Shown here piece after piece: positions 25,864 to 35,942 of a stretch of 42,319 nt of DNA (positions are counted from its first letter, which is position 1; the number at the start of each line of letters is the position of its first letter). This DNA is from an uncultured Candidatus Saccharibacteria bacterium (lineage in GTDB: Bacteria; Patescibacteriota; Minisyncoccia; Phycocordibacterales; JAACPR01), in NCBI GenBank assembly GCA_964598245.1, contig CAZRAX010000001.1:1-42319 (forward strand), written 5' to 3'. Both the position numbers and the translations under genes were made by a program. Below the pieces are notes generated by a model. That model searched no databases, had not been told where the DNA came from, and saw only the letters and a program-made list of their open reading frames with translations.

Positions 25864-28820
25864 TGAATAATTTAGTATTTGAAAAAAGATATAAAGAATT
25901 AAATAAAAAGCAAAAAGATGCTGTCTCTAGCATAGAAGGACCAGTTATGGTAGTTGCCGGCCCAGGAACAGGGAAGACTACAATTTTAACTCTTAGAATT
26001 GCAAATATTTTGAAAGAAACAGATACGCAGCCAGAAAATATTTTGGCGTTAACATTTACAGAATCAGCCGTTTATTCAATGCGTCAAAAATTAATAAATA
26101 TTATTGGACAAACTGCTTATCGGGTTAATATTTTTACTTTCCACAGTTTTTGTAACAGTCTAATTGAACATTATCCTGAATTTTATGAAAGATTAATCTC
26201 TTCAAAACCTATTTCTGAATCACAGCAACTAAAGTTAATTGAAGAAATATTAGCAAAAGGTAGTTTTTCATTACTTTGTCCACTTGGAGATCAAAATTAT
26301 TATGTTAATAAAATAAAAAGTGCAATATCTCATCTTAAAAAAGAAGGTTTTACTCCACTAGAATTTAAAAAAAATATTGAAGATAAAATAAAAAAAATAA
26401 AAGATAACAAAGACTTAATCAATTCTAAAACTAATAAATTAAAAGTAGAACATCAAAGAGAACTGAAGATACTTGAAAGAACTTTGGAATTATCATCATT
26501 TTATAATTTTTATCAAAAAAAGATGTTGGAAAATAAAGTTTATGATTTTGATGATATGATATTAGAAACTCTTGAAGCTTTTGATAATAATGAAGATTTT
26601 TTATTAGAGCAACAAGAAAAGTTTCAATATTTATTGGCGGACGAACATCAAGATACGAATCACTCTCAAAATAAAATATTAGAAATGATAGCCGATTTTC
26701 ATGAATCACCAAATATTTTTATTGTTGGTGATGAAAAGCAGGCAATTTTTAGATTTCAAGGAGCATCATTAAACAATTTCTTGTATTTTAAGGATAGATT
26801 TAAAAATACAAAAATTATTCAATTACAAGAAAATTATCGATCAACTCAGACGATATTGGACAATGCATTTAATCTAATTTTAAAAAATCAGACTGATCCA
26901 GAATTAAATTTAACTTTAAAAAGTAATAAAAAAAACCAAAAGAAACCGATTGAAATTACCAAGTACCAAACTTATGATCAGGAAAATCACGGAGTTGTTT
27001 CAAAAATTAATAATTTGATTAAAAAAGGGATTGATCCAAATGAAATAGCTATTATTTATAGAAAAAATGCTGACGCTGTTGATATTTCAAATCTTTTAGA
27101 ATCATTTAAAATCCCATTTCAAATAAAATCAAAACAGTCTATTATAAATTCTGATGATTATTTAAGATTAAAAATTATTTTAAATACAATTTCTAACCCA
27201 TTGAAACAAGAAAATATTTTATCTTTTTTAAATTTAGATTTTTTAAAAATAAATTTTTCTGATCTTCATAAAATAAGTAGTAAAATAATTAATAAGAATA
27301 TATTTGAGATTTTTGATCAAAATGTTTTTAAAGAAGATGAATTAAAAAATTATAAAAAAATATCAAAAATTGTTTCTACTCTAGAAAAAATTTCAAAAAA
27401 ATCAAAAAATACTAACGCCGTCAACATATTTGAAAGCTCGATAAATGAGTTTGGTTTTATTAAGGCTATTTTAGCTGATAAAAATTCAGTCGAAAGAATT
27501 TCAATTATTGATCGAATATATAATGAAATAAAATCTGTTTCTAAAAGTAAAAATAATTATCTAATTTCTGATTTTATTGATCACCTAAAAACATTAGAAA
27601 ATTATTCTATTGATCTAGAAACTTACATTTCTGATTTAGAAAAAGGAATTTCATTAATGACAGCCCATGGCTCAAAAGGTCTTGAATTTGACTATGTTTT
27701 TATAATTCATGCAAGTCATAATAATTGGGGGAATCAAAACACAAAAAGATATTTTGATTTACCTTATGTTAATTTAGAGATCAAAAATAACCAATCTATT
27801 GAAGATGAGAGGAGACTATTCTATGTTGCTCTTACAAGGGCAAGAGAGCTTGTTTCTATTAGTTATTCAGATTTTAATTTTGAATCAAAACAAGTTTTAC
27901 CTACTCAATTTATATCAGAATTAGATCAAAAATTAATTATCCAAAAAAATGATAATGAACATAAATTAAAAGATATTTTTATACAAAAGACAAGCCCAAA
28001 AGAAAATAAAAATAAAATCACCGATAGAGAATATATTAAAAAAATTTTTTATGAACAACCGATGTCTGTTACTGCGTTAAATAATTATTTGAAATGTCCG
28101 TGGAGATATTTTTATTCAAATCTTATTAGAATTCCAATTGAAACAACACCAAGTTTATCATTTGGTAATTCAATTCATTCAACTCTAAGGTGGTATGTTG
28201 ATAATTTGCAAGAAAAAATTTCATTGCAAAAATTACAAATGAAATTTGAAGAGATACTTGAGGGGCAATCAATTGATCAGAATTCAAAAAATAAAATTTT
28301 GAATGAGTCGAAGGATGTTTTGGACGGTTTTTATAAAAGTTTTTTACAAAAAATTGATAAGAACCAGAAATATTTAACTGAATATACAATAAATAATTCA
28401 ATCTTTGATTCTGAAATGGGCGAAATAAAAATAAAAGGTAATTTAGACAGAATTGATTTTATCGATAAAAATCAAATTAGAATTATTGATTATAAAACTA
28501 CAAAACCCAAAAGTGTTAATCAAATTCTTGGTAAGACAAAAAATGATAATGCAGATTACTACAGACAACTAATTTTTTATAAAATGCTTATCGACTTAGA
28601 TAAAAGATGGGATTTAAAAGAAACTGAACTAATTTTTGTTAAGCCAAACGATCGGGGAGTTTATTTATCAAGAAAATTTGAAATTTCAGAAAAAGAAGTT
28701 GCTGAATTAAAAGCAGAAATTATTAGAGTTGCTGATGAAATAATTAATTTAAAATTTTGGGATAAAAAATGTGATGAAAAAGATTGTCCATATTGTAAAA
28801 TGAGAGAAATTTTTAATTAA
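25863..28820 (+). CDS. UvrD/PcrA-family SF1 helicase fused to a C-terminal PD-(D/E)XK (Cas4/AddB-like, Cys-cluster) nuclease
   Basis: 985-aa ORF. Helicase motifs are AGPGTGKTT, LLADEHQDTN, VGDEKQAIFRFQGA, ENYRS, TAHGSKGLEFDYVF and RRLFYVALTRAR. The C-terminus has YLKCPWRYF, GNLDRIDF, IIDYKT, YYRQLIFYK and CDEKDCPYC. The ATG overlaps the rpoD stop (TAATG). Confidence 0.85.
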   Translation: MNNLVFEKRYKELNKKQKDAVSSIEGPVMVVAGPGTGKTTILTLRIANILKETDTQPENILALTFTESAVYSMRQKLINIIGQTAYRVNIFTFHSFCNSLIEHYPEFYERLISSKPISESQQLKLIEEILAKGSFSLLCPLGDQNYYVNKIKSAISHLKKEGFTPLEFKKNIEDKIKKIKDNKDLINSKTNKLKVEHQRELKILERTLELSSFYNFYQKKMLENKVYDFDDMILETLEAFDNNEDFLLEQQEKFQYLLADEHQDTNHSQNKILEMIADFHESPNIFIVGDEKQAIFRFQGASLNNFLYFKDRFKNTKIIQLQENYRSTQTILDNAFNLILKNQTDPELNLTLKSNKKNQKKPIEITKYQTYDQENHGVVSKINNLIKKGIDPNEIAIIYRKNADAVDISNLLESFKIPFQIKSKQSIINSDDYLRLKIILNTISNPLKQENILSFLNLDFLKINFSDLHKISSKIINKNIFEIFDQNVFKEDELKNYKKISKIVSTLEKISKKSKNTNAVNIFESSINEFGFIKAILADKNSVERISIIDRIYNEIKSVSKSKNNYLISDFIDHLKTLENYSIDLETYISDLEKGISLMTAHGSKGLEFDYVFIIHASHNNWGNQNTKRYFDLPYVNLEIKNNQSIEDERRLFYVALTRARELVSISYSDFNFESKQVLPTQFISELDQKLIIQKNDNEHKLKDIFIQKTSPKENKNKITDREYIKKIFYEQPMSVTALNNYLKCPWRYFYSNLIRIPIETTPSLSFGNSIHSTLRWYVDNLQEKISLQKLQMKFEEILEGQSIDQNSKNKILNESKDVLDGFYKSFLQKIDKNQKYLTEYTINNSIFDSEMGEIKIKGNLDRIDFIDKNQIRIIDYKTTKPKSVNQILGKTKNDNADYYRQLIFYKMLIDLDKRWDLKETELIFVKPNDRGVYLSRKFEISEKEVAELKAEIIRVADEIINLKFWDKKCDEKDCPYCKMREIFN

Positions 28821-29529
28821 AATCAATGGAATGGTCATCAATAATTTGAATTAACAGTTGGTGGGGAATTATCCCAGAGACTGTCGTTGTCAAACCGGTT
28901 TTTGTTTTTATTATGTTGTATGGTGTGCCAAATTCTTTGTCTTTTGTTTGAAGATATTTAACATCCTGCAAATCTTTTTCGATTTTATTGGTTACATCAA
29001 TATCATTTTCTACACAATCATTTATTTCCTGTTGGTCCAACTCCATATAAGATAAAATTAAATCAGTATTATTTTTAATTAAAGATTGGGGGGATCCATT
29101 AAAAACTTCATCAGTAAAAGACCAAAATTTTGATTCGCCACCTATTTTAGCAACACACTCTGAAACCAAAGCAACCCTTTTTGCGTTAACGTGTATTTCT
29201 TCAAGAGGAGAATGTCGAAAAACCCATGCAATTCTACCTTGAGTAGCATAATCATTAATAATTCTATTCATAGTTATATGAAAATCTTTACAGTACGGGC
29301 ATTCAAAATCTGAGTATTCAATTATTAAAATATCAGCATCTGGATCACCTAAAATATGGTCATTTGTATTAATTGGTTGGATTGGTGGTTCTTGTTTAAC
29401 AAATTCAATTTTTTTAGTATCAAAAGTTCTTTCTAGAATATTTGTTCTCGCTAAAAATATTCCTAACGCGATAACAGCGCCAGAAATTATAATAACTAAA
29501 AAAAAAGCTAAAGAGTTATTTTTATTCAT
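28813..29529 (-). CDS. Membrane-anchored DsbA-family thiol:disulfide oxidoreductase
   Basis: 238-aa ORF with an N-terminal TM helix (LAFFLVIIISGAVIALGIFLA) and a thioredoxin-fold CxxC active site (FECPYCKDFH). Its 3' end overlaps the helicase gene by 8 nt. Confidence 0.8.
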   Translation of the reverse strand: MNKNNSLAFFLVIIISGAVIALGIFLARTNILERTFDTKKIEFVKQEPPIQPINTNDHILGDPDADILIIEYSDFECPYCKDFHITMNRIINDYATQGRIAWVFRHSPLEEIHVNAKRVALVSECVAKIGGESKFWSFTDEVFNGSPQSLIKNNTDLILSYMELDQQEINDCVENDIDVTNKIEKDLQDVKYLQTKDKEFGTPYNIIKTKTGLTTTVSGIIPHQLLIQIIDDHSIDFN

Positions 29530-29559
29530 AATTATGATATTATTGGTAAATTATAACAT

Positions 29560-30360
29560 ATGGAATTAATCAATTCATTTTTATTAGGACTTATCCAAGG
29601 AGTAACCGAATTCTTGCCGATTTCTTCCTCTGGGCATTTGATTATTTTTAGAGATATAACCAATACTCAATTTGATTATGGTTTAGCTTTTGATGCTGTT
29701 TTACAATTTGCTACAACTTTAGCTATTTTGGTCTATTTTAGAAAAGATGTAATTAATTTAATAAAAAATACTTTTAAATTAATGAAAAATAAGTTAGATA
29801 ATAAATCTGATAAGATTTTAATTTTTAGTATTATTTTGGGTACTATTCCTGCTGTTATTTTAGGCTTCCTTTTGGAAGAAATGATGGATACAATTTTTAG
29901 AAATTCATTGCTAGTTGCAGGTACATTAGTTTTTGGTGCGTTTATCATGTATTTGGCTGATAAATTTTCAAATGAAAATAAAAAACTTACGATTAAAAAC
30001 TCTATTGTTATTGGTTTTTTTCAATCTCTAGCGTTAATACCTGGAATGTCTAGATCGGGGATGACAATCTCTGGAGGTTTATTAATGGGGCTTAGTAGAG
30101 AAATGGCTATCCGTTTTGGTTTTTTGCTAGCTTTGCCAGTACTACTTGGTTCCGGTTTTAAAAAAATTATTGATTTAGGTGAAAGAGGTCTATTAAATTC
30201 AATTGGATTTGAAATTTTAATAGGTTCGATTTCTGCTTTTATTTTCGGTTTATTAGCTATTAATTTTTTGGTTAATTATTTGATAAATAATAGTTTTAGT
30301 ATTTTTATTTATTATAGACTGATTCTAGCTTTAATTATTGTGTCTATTTATTTTATTTAA
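29560..30360 (+). CDS. uppP: Undecaprenyl-diphosphate phosphatase (BacA/UppP)
   Basis: 266-aa polytopic membrane ORF with GVTEFLPISSSGHL and PGMSRSGMTISGG motifs. Confidence 0.93.
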   Translation: MELINSFLLGLIQGVTEFLPISSSGHLIIFRDITNTQFDYGLAFDAVLQFATTLAILVYFRKDVINLIKNTFKLMKNKLDNKSDKILIFSIILGTIPAVILGFLLEEMMDTIFRNSLLVAGTLVFGAFIMYLADKFSNENKKLTIKNSIVIGFFQSLALIPGMSRSGMTISGGLLMGLSREMAIRFGFLLALPVLLGSGFKKIIDLGERGLLNSIGFEILIGSISAFIFGLLAINFLVNYLINNSFSIFIYYRLILALIIVSIYFI

Positions 30361-30364
30361 TCTA

Positions 30365-30946
30365 TTAGAAAAGTGATTTTGTAAGTTTTGAATTATCATC
30401 TTTATTTTCCCAATTTGATATATCAATCGGAATATTAATAATTTTGTTAGTAATTTTATCTTTAATTTTAATTGATTTATTTTTTAAAATATATTCAAAA
30501 ATTTCTTTAGTAATTATTACATCTTCTTCACAATATTTTTTAATTTTGTCTATCTCACCAGTTTTCCACCATTCAACAGCCTGAAGACCGTTTGATATTT
30601 TATTTTTACCCAATATTGCATTTGCGACATTATCTAACTTAGGTCTTTTACCGTAACTCTTTTTAATGTCTGCCAATAAATCAATACTTTTGATATTTTT
30701 CAAATCTCCTTGATAATACTTATTTAAAATTGGAATATCAAAATGCTCTGAATTATAACCAACGATTGCATCTGTATTTTCAAAAAGTGACCACATCTCA
30801 TCAAATTCTTCAATTAGAAAGCTTTGAATAGAATTAGTTTTACTATCATAAATTGATACAACGGAAATATCCAAATCTTCTGGTTTATTAGAACCTACGT
30901 CCTGAAAAATATTTTGAGTCTCGATATCAAAAACTATGTAATTCAT
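30365..30946 (-). CDS. DEDD-type 3'-5' exonuclease / RNase H-like fold protein (YprB/PolB-exo-like)
   Basis: 193-aa ORF with Exo I (VFDIETQN), Exo II (GYNSEHFDIPIL) and Exo III (YCEEDV). It lies 6 nt downstream of hisS on the same strand. Confidence 0.7.
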   Translation of the reverse strand: MNYIVFDIETQNIFQDVGSNKPEDLDISVVSIYDSKTNSIQSFLIEEFDEMWSLFENTDAIVGYNSEHFDIPILNKYYQGDLKNIKSIDLLADIKKSYGKRPKLDNVANAILGKNKISNGLQAVEWWKTGEIDKIKKYCEEDVIITKEIFEYILKNKSIKIKDKITNKIINIPIDISNWENKDDNSKLTKSLF

Positions 30947-30952
30947 TTTATT

Positions 30953-32179
30953 TTAAAGATTATCTTTTATAAAATTAATTAAGGTTTCCTGATTCCCAAT
31001 TATTTCTTTTCCTGTAGATAGTTGCTTGATTTTTAGATTTTGATTTTTGAATTCATTTTCTCCAACAAAAACAACAAACGGGATTTCTTTTTTGTTAAAA
31101 AATTGAACCTGATCAGCTATTTTTTTTGTAGGATAATGAATTGTGGTATCTAATCCTTGACTTCTAAAATTGTTAGCATTTTCTATTGCATAATCAGTGT
31201 ATTTTTCATCTAAAATGGCAATCCCTAGGTGTGCTGAAACTATTTTACTGGGTAAAAGATCTCTACTTTTCAAAACATCTTGAATTGTAACGTCACCCAT
31301 TCCAAAACCAACTGTCCCAACTTTTCTACCACCAAATACTTCTAAAAGATCATCGTATCTTCCACCTCCAAACAGAGCCCTTTTATTTTCAGAATTAGTA
31401 TCAAAAATCTCGAAGACAACTCCGGTGTAATAATCAAATCCTCTGGCTAAATTTGGATCAAAAACAACATTTTTTATTCCTCTGTTACTCAATTTTTTTA
31501 TTAAATTATTAATATTTTCATTTGCTTCAATCACCAAGTCATAAGGTCTACCCAAAATTTTTATTGCTTCGTCATTAAAATTTTTGATCTTATCTTTTTT
31601 ATCAAGTAATCTAATAAAATCAACCCTTTTCTCTTTTTCAAGATTTAATTCTTCCAATGTTTCTTCTAATATTTTTCTATCGTTAACTTTAATAACAAAA
31701 TCAGATTCATTTAATTTAAATCTTTTCATTATTTTATAAGCAATTTCAATTATCTCAGCATCAGCATTAATATCTTTAATTCCAAAAATATCTACGTTTA
31801 ATTGCCAGTGCTCTCTTAGGCGACCTTTTTGGGGCTTTTCGTATCTAAAAAGGTTGGGAATTGAATACCACCTTAGGGGAAATGACAACTCTCTCTGTTT
31901 TTTACTAATCATTCTAACCAAGCTGGGAGTCATTTCTGGTCGAAGAGTAACTTTTCTATTGCCTCTATCAATAAAATTGTAAGTTTGTTCGTTAACAATT
32001 TCTTGGCTTGTTTTTGTTTCGTAAAGCTCGGATGATTCTAAAATAGAAGCATTATAGTGTTCAAATCCGTAACTTTCTAAAACCTCATGCCAAACAGAAA
32101 AAATATAATCTAAAATATACATGTCTTCTGGGTAAAAATCCCTAACTCCTTTATAGCTTGAAATATCCACTTTTTTCAT
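30953..32179 (-). CDS. hisS: Histidyl-tRNA synthetase
   Basis: 408-aa ORF with GVRDFYPEDM, LRPEMTPS, RYEKPQKGRLREHWQ and GGGRYDDL motifs plus a C-terminal anticodon-binding domain. Confidence 0.93.
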   Translation of the reverse strand: MKKVDISSYKGVRDFYPEDMYILDYIFSVWHEVLESYGFEHYNASILESSELYETKTSQEIVNEQTYNFIDRGNRKVTLRPEMTPSLVRMISKKQRELSFPLRWYSIPNLFRYEKPQKGRLREHWQLNVDIFGIKDINADAEIIEIAYKIMKRFKLNESDFVIKVNDRKILEETLEELNLEKEKRVDFIRLLDKKDKIKNFNDEAIKILGRPYDLVIEANENINNLIKKLSNRGIKNVVFDPNLARGFDYYTGVVFEIFDTNSENKRALFGGGRYDDLLEVFGGRKVGTVGFGMGDVTIQDVLKSRDLLPSKIVSAHLGIAILDEKYTDYAIENANNFRSQGLDTTIHYPTKKIADQVQFFNKKEIPFVVFVGENEFKNQNLKIKQLSTGKEIIGNQETLINFIKDNL

Positions 32180-32227
32180 AATTATATTTTAGCAAAAAAT
32201 TATATTTATTGCTAAAATATAGTTATG
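32177..32227. promoter_or_regulatory. Near-perfect 51-bp palindrome spanning both divergent start codons (hisS and the membrane operon): symmetric bidirectional promoter/operator
   Basis: The left arm CATAATTATATTTTAGCAA (32177-32195) equals the reverse complement of the right arm TTGCTAAAATATAGTTATG (32209-32227) at 18 of 19 positions, with a perfect 13-bp core at 32183-32195/32209-32221. Each arm carries TAAAAT 6 nt before its ATG, and TTAGCA in the opposite arm sits at -35 distance. Confidence 0.55.
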
Positions 32228-32461
32228 CTAATTTCAGAAAGAATAATCATTGATTTGCCAATACCCATAGAAATTCTGTGGTTAATTATTGGTATTATTC
32301 TAGTATTATTTTTTTCCATTGCCCTTATTTTGAATCATCACTGGAAATATTATGGCATTAAAAATAATTCAAAAGTTTTTGCTAAAGGGTTGTTCTGGGT
32401 CGGTTCGTTTATTTTAATAATGATTATGGTTTTATCAGTTCTTTTAATTGAAAGCTTATGA
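32225..32461 (+). CDS. Small membrane protein (two predicted TM helices)
   Basis: 78-aa ORF with two hydrophobic stretches (ILWLIIGIILVLFFSIALIL and LFWVGSFILIMIMVLSVLLI). It is coupled to the next ORF by an ATGA overlap at 32458-32461. No homology was recognised. Confidence 0.5.
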   Translation: MLISERIIIDLPIPIEILWLIIGIILVLFFSIALILNHHWKYYGIKNNSKVFAKGLFWVGSFILIMIMVLSVLLIESL

Positions 32462-33021
32462 TTGATTTAAGAGAAGAAGAAAAAATATTATTTGAAGTAA
32501 GAAAACATTGGTTTATTATTGCGACAGAATTGGCCGTGTTAATTATTTTTGCATTTATTCCCTTAATAATTCCACCAGTTTTAAGTTATTTAAATGTTGA
32601 TATTCTTATCGGTGGATTAGGTGGATCGTCTAATTTATTTATATTTATTTATATGATTTGGCTTTTAATTCTCTGGATTACTGGGTTTATTTTTTGGACT
32701 AATTATTTTTTGGATGTTTGGATTGTGACCAATGAAAAAATTATTGATGTAGAGCAAATCAGTTTGTTTAGTCGTGAAGTATCAATTTTGCATCTAGATC
32801 GAATTCAGGATATTACAACAGAAGTGAATGGAATTATAAACACTTTTTTAAAATTTGGTGATTTACATGTGCAGACTGCGGGCCAACAAAGAGAGTTTGT
32901 TATAGATAGTGTAAAAAATCCAAACGAAGTTAGTCGACGGATTAATGAGATAGTTATGGAATATAAAAAACAAAATAGCGAAAAAGAAGATGATGAAAAA
33001 GAAATTTTAAAAAATATATAA
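32458..33021 (+). CDS. Membrane protein with a bacterial PH (bPH2, YdbS/YdbT-like) domain
   Basis: 187-aa ORF. The EEKILFEVRKHWFI opening followed by two TM helices and a C-terminal soluble beta-rich segment (GDLHVQTAG) is typical of the bPH2 family. Confidence 0.65.
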   Translation: MIDLREEEKILFEVRKHWFIIATELAVLIIFAFIPLIIPPVLSYLNVDILIGGLGGSSNLFIFIYMIWLLILWITGFIFWTNYFLDVWIVTNEKIIDVEQISLFSREVSILHLDRIQDITTEVNGIINTFLKFGDLHVQTAGQQREFVIDSVKNPNEVSRRINEIVMEYKKQNSEKEDDEKEILKNI

Positions 33022-33024
33022 AAT

Positions 33025-33885
33025 GTGTATAATAAAGCAATTATGGATATCGTATTAAGTTACTTAGAAAAATGGTTTTTTGATGCTGGTATAAAAATTC
33101 TAGCTATTATTCTTGTTGGTTTTATTATTTATAAATTTTCAAAACCTGTTATTACAAAAATGATTGAAAAAATAATAACTCAGGATCCAGCTTTTACTAA
33201 GGAAGAAGAAGAAAGAAGAGAAAAAACATTAATTAAAATTATTAATGGAACTATTAAAATTGCAATTATAATTTTCGTTTTTTTAATAGTTTTATCAGAA
33301 TTTGGGGTTGATATTGGACCATTAATTGCGGGTGCTGGTATTGTGGGTCTGGCTTTGGGTTTTGGAGGGCAATATTTAGTACGTGATGTTATTAATGGAC
33401 TTTTTATTATTTTAGAAAATCAATATCGAGTAGGAGATGTTGTTACTATTGTGGGAATTTCAGGAAAAGTTGAAGATATTAGTCTTCGAATTACAACCAT
33501 GAGAGATATTGATGGCACAGTTCACCATATTCCTCATGGTGACATTAAAACCGTTTCTAATATGGCCAAAGGCTTTTCTAGGGTCAATATAAATATTAAT
33601 GTCGCATATGATACTGAATTAGATAAAGTGAAATATCTTATTAATCAAATAGGTCAAGAGCTTTCGAAAGATCCAGACTACAAAGACTTAATCATTGATC
33701 CTCCAAAATTTGTTCGACTTGGTTCTTTTGGAGACTCTGCTTTATCTATTAAAATTTTAGGAGAAACAAAACCACTTGCTCAATGGGATATTGCTGGTGA
33801 AATGCTTCGTAGAATCAAGTTAACATTTGAAAAAGAGGGGATTGAAATCCCATTTCCCCAAATGGTCATTCATCAAAAAGACTAA
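33025..33885 (+). CDS. MscS-family small-conductance mechanosensitive channel
   Basis: 286-aa ORF with three TM helices followed by the MscS core GQYLVRDVINGLFIILENQYRVGDVV...GKVEDISLRITTMRD. The start is either GTG 33025 or ATG 33043. Confidence 0.85.
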   Translation: MYNKAIMDIVLSYLEKWFFDAGIKILAIILVGFIIYKFSKPVITKMIEKIITQDPAFTKEEEERREKTLIKIINGTIKIAIIIFVFLIVLSEFGVDIGPLIAGAGIVGLALGFGGQYLVRDVINGLFIILENQYRVGDVVTIVGISGKVEDISLRITTMRDIDGTVHHIPHGDIKTVSNMAKGFSRVNININVAYDTELDKVKYLINQIGQELSKDPDYKDLIIDPPKFVRLGSFGDSALSIKILGETKPLAQWDIAGEMLRRIKLTFEKEGIEIPFPQMVIHQKD

Positions 33886-34577
33886 AAATGATTTACTGGT
33901 GTGTTTTTGATAATGTCCAAGACCTCATCTTCATTATTAGTAATTTTGTATAAATCAATATCAAGTTCATCTATTTTTTCTGACTTCAATAAAGTTTCTT
34001 TGATAAAATTATTTAGATTATTCCAATAATCTGAACCAAATAGAATAATTGGAACTTTATCAATTTTCTTTGTTTGAACTAAAGTTAAAATTTCAAATAA
34101 TTCATCTAAAGTTCCAAACCCGCCCGGGAAATAAATATAGGCTTCTGCAGAAAAAGAAAGGCAGACTTTTCTAGTAAAGAAATATTCAAATTCTATTGTA
34201 TCAGTCAGGTATTGGTTTATTTTTTGTTCATGTGGTAATTTAATATTTAAACCAATCGATTGGCCACCTCCTTCAAATGCTCCTCGGTTAGCTGCTTCCA
34301 TAATCCCCGTGCTACCACCTGTAATAATTGAATATTCTGGTAATTCAGTCACAATTCTTTTGGCTAAATTTCTGGCTAAAATATAATCGGCCTCCATTTC
34401 TAAAGTTCTAGCAGAACCAAAAAAAGTAACTGATTTTGGGTGTTTCTTAATTAGGTTGAATCCATTCTGGAATTCATTGGATATTGTACTTATTTTATTT
34501 TTAATTTCATCTTCAATTTGTTCAGCTGTTATTTTTTTAAACTCTGGTTTTTGTGGTCTATTGTAATTTGGATTCAT
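33882..34577 (-). CDS. LOG-family protein (TIGR00730-type; cytokinin riboside 5'-monophosphate phosphoribohydrolase-like)
   Basis: 231-aa ORF with GGSTGIMEA and PGGFGTLDELFE motifs. Its stop overlaps the MscS stop (CTAA). Confidence 0.85.
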   Translation of the reverse strand: MNPNYNRPQKPEFKKITAEQIEDEIKNKISTISNEFQNGFNLIKKHPKSVTFFGSARTLEMEADYILARNLAKRIVTELPEYSIITGGSTGIMEAANRGAFEGGGQSIGLNIKLPHEQKINQYLTDTIEFEYFFTRKVCLSFSAEAYIYFPGGFGTLDELFEILTLVQTKKIDKVPIILFGSDYWNNLNNFIKETLLKSEKIDELDIDLYKITNNEDEVLDIIKNTPVNHF

Positions 34578-34626
34578 ATAGGTATGATTTTAAACTAATA
34601 TTAAATAAAGGTAAAATTAATTATAA

Positions 34627-35931
<1,305 letters not shown>

Positions 35932-35942
35932 AAAATATAAAA

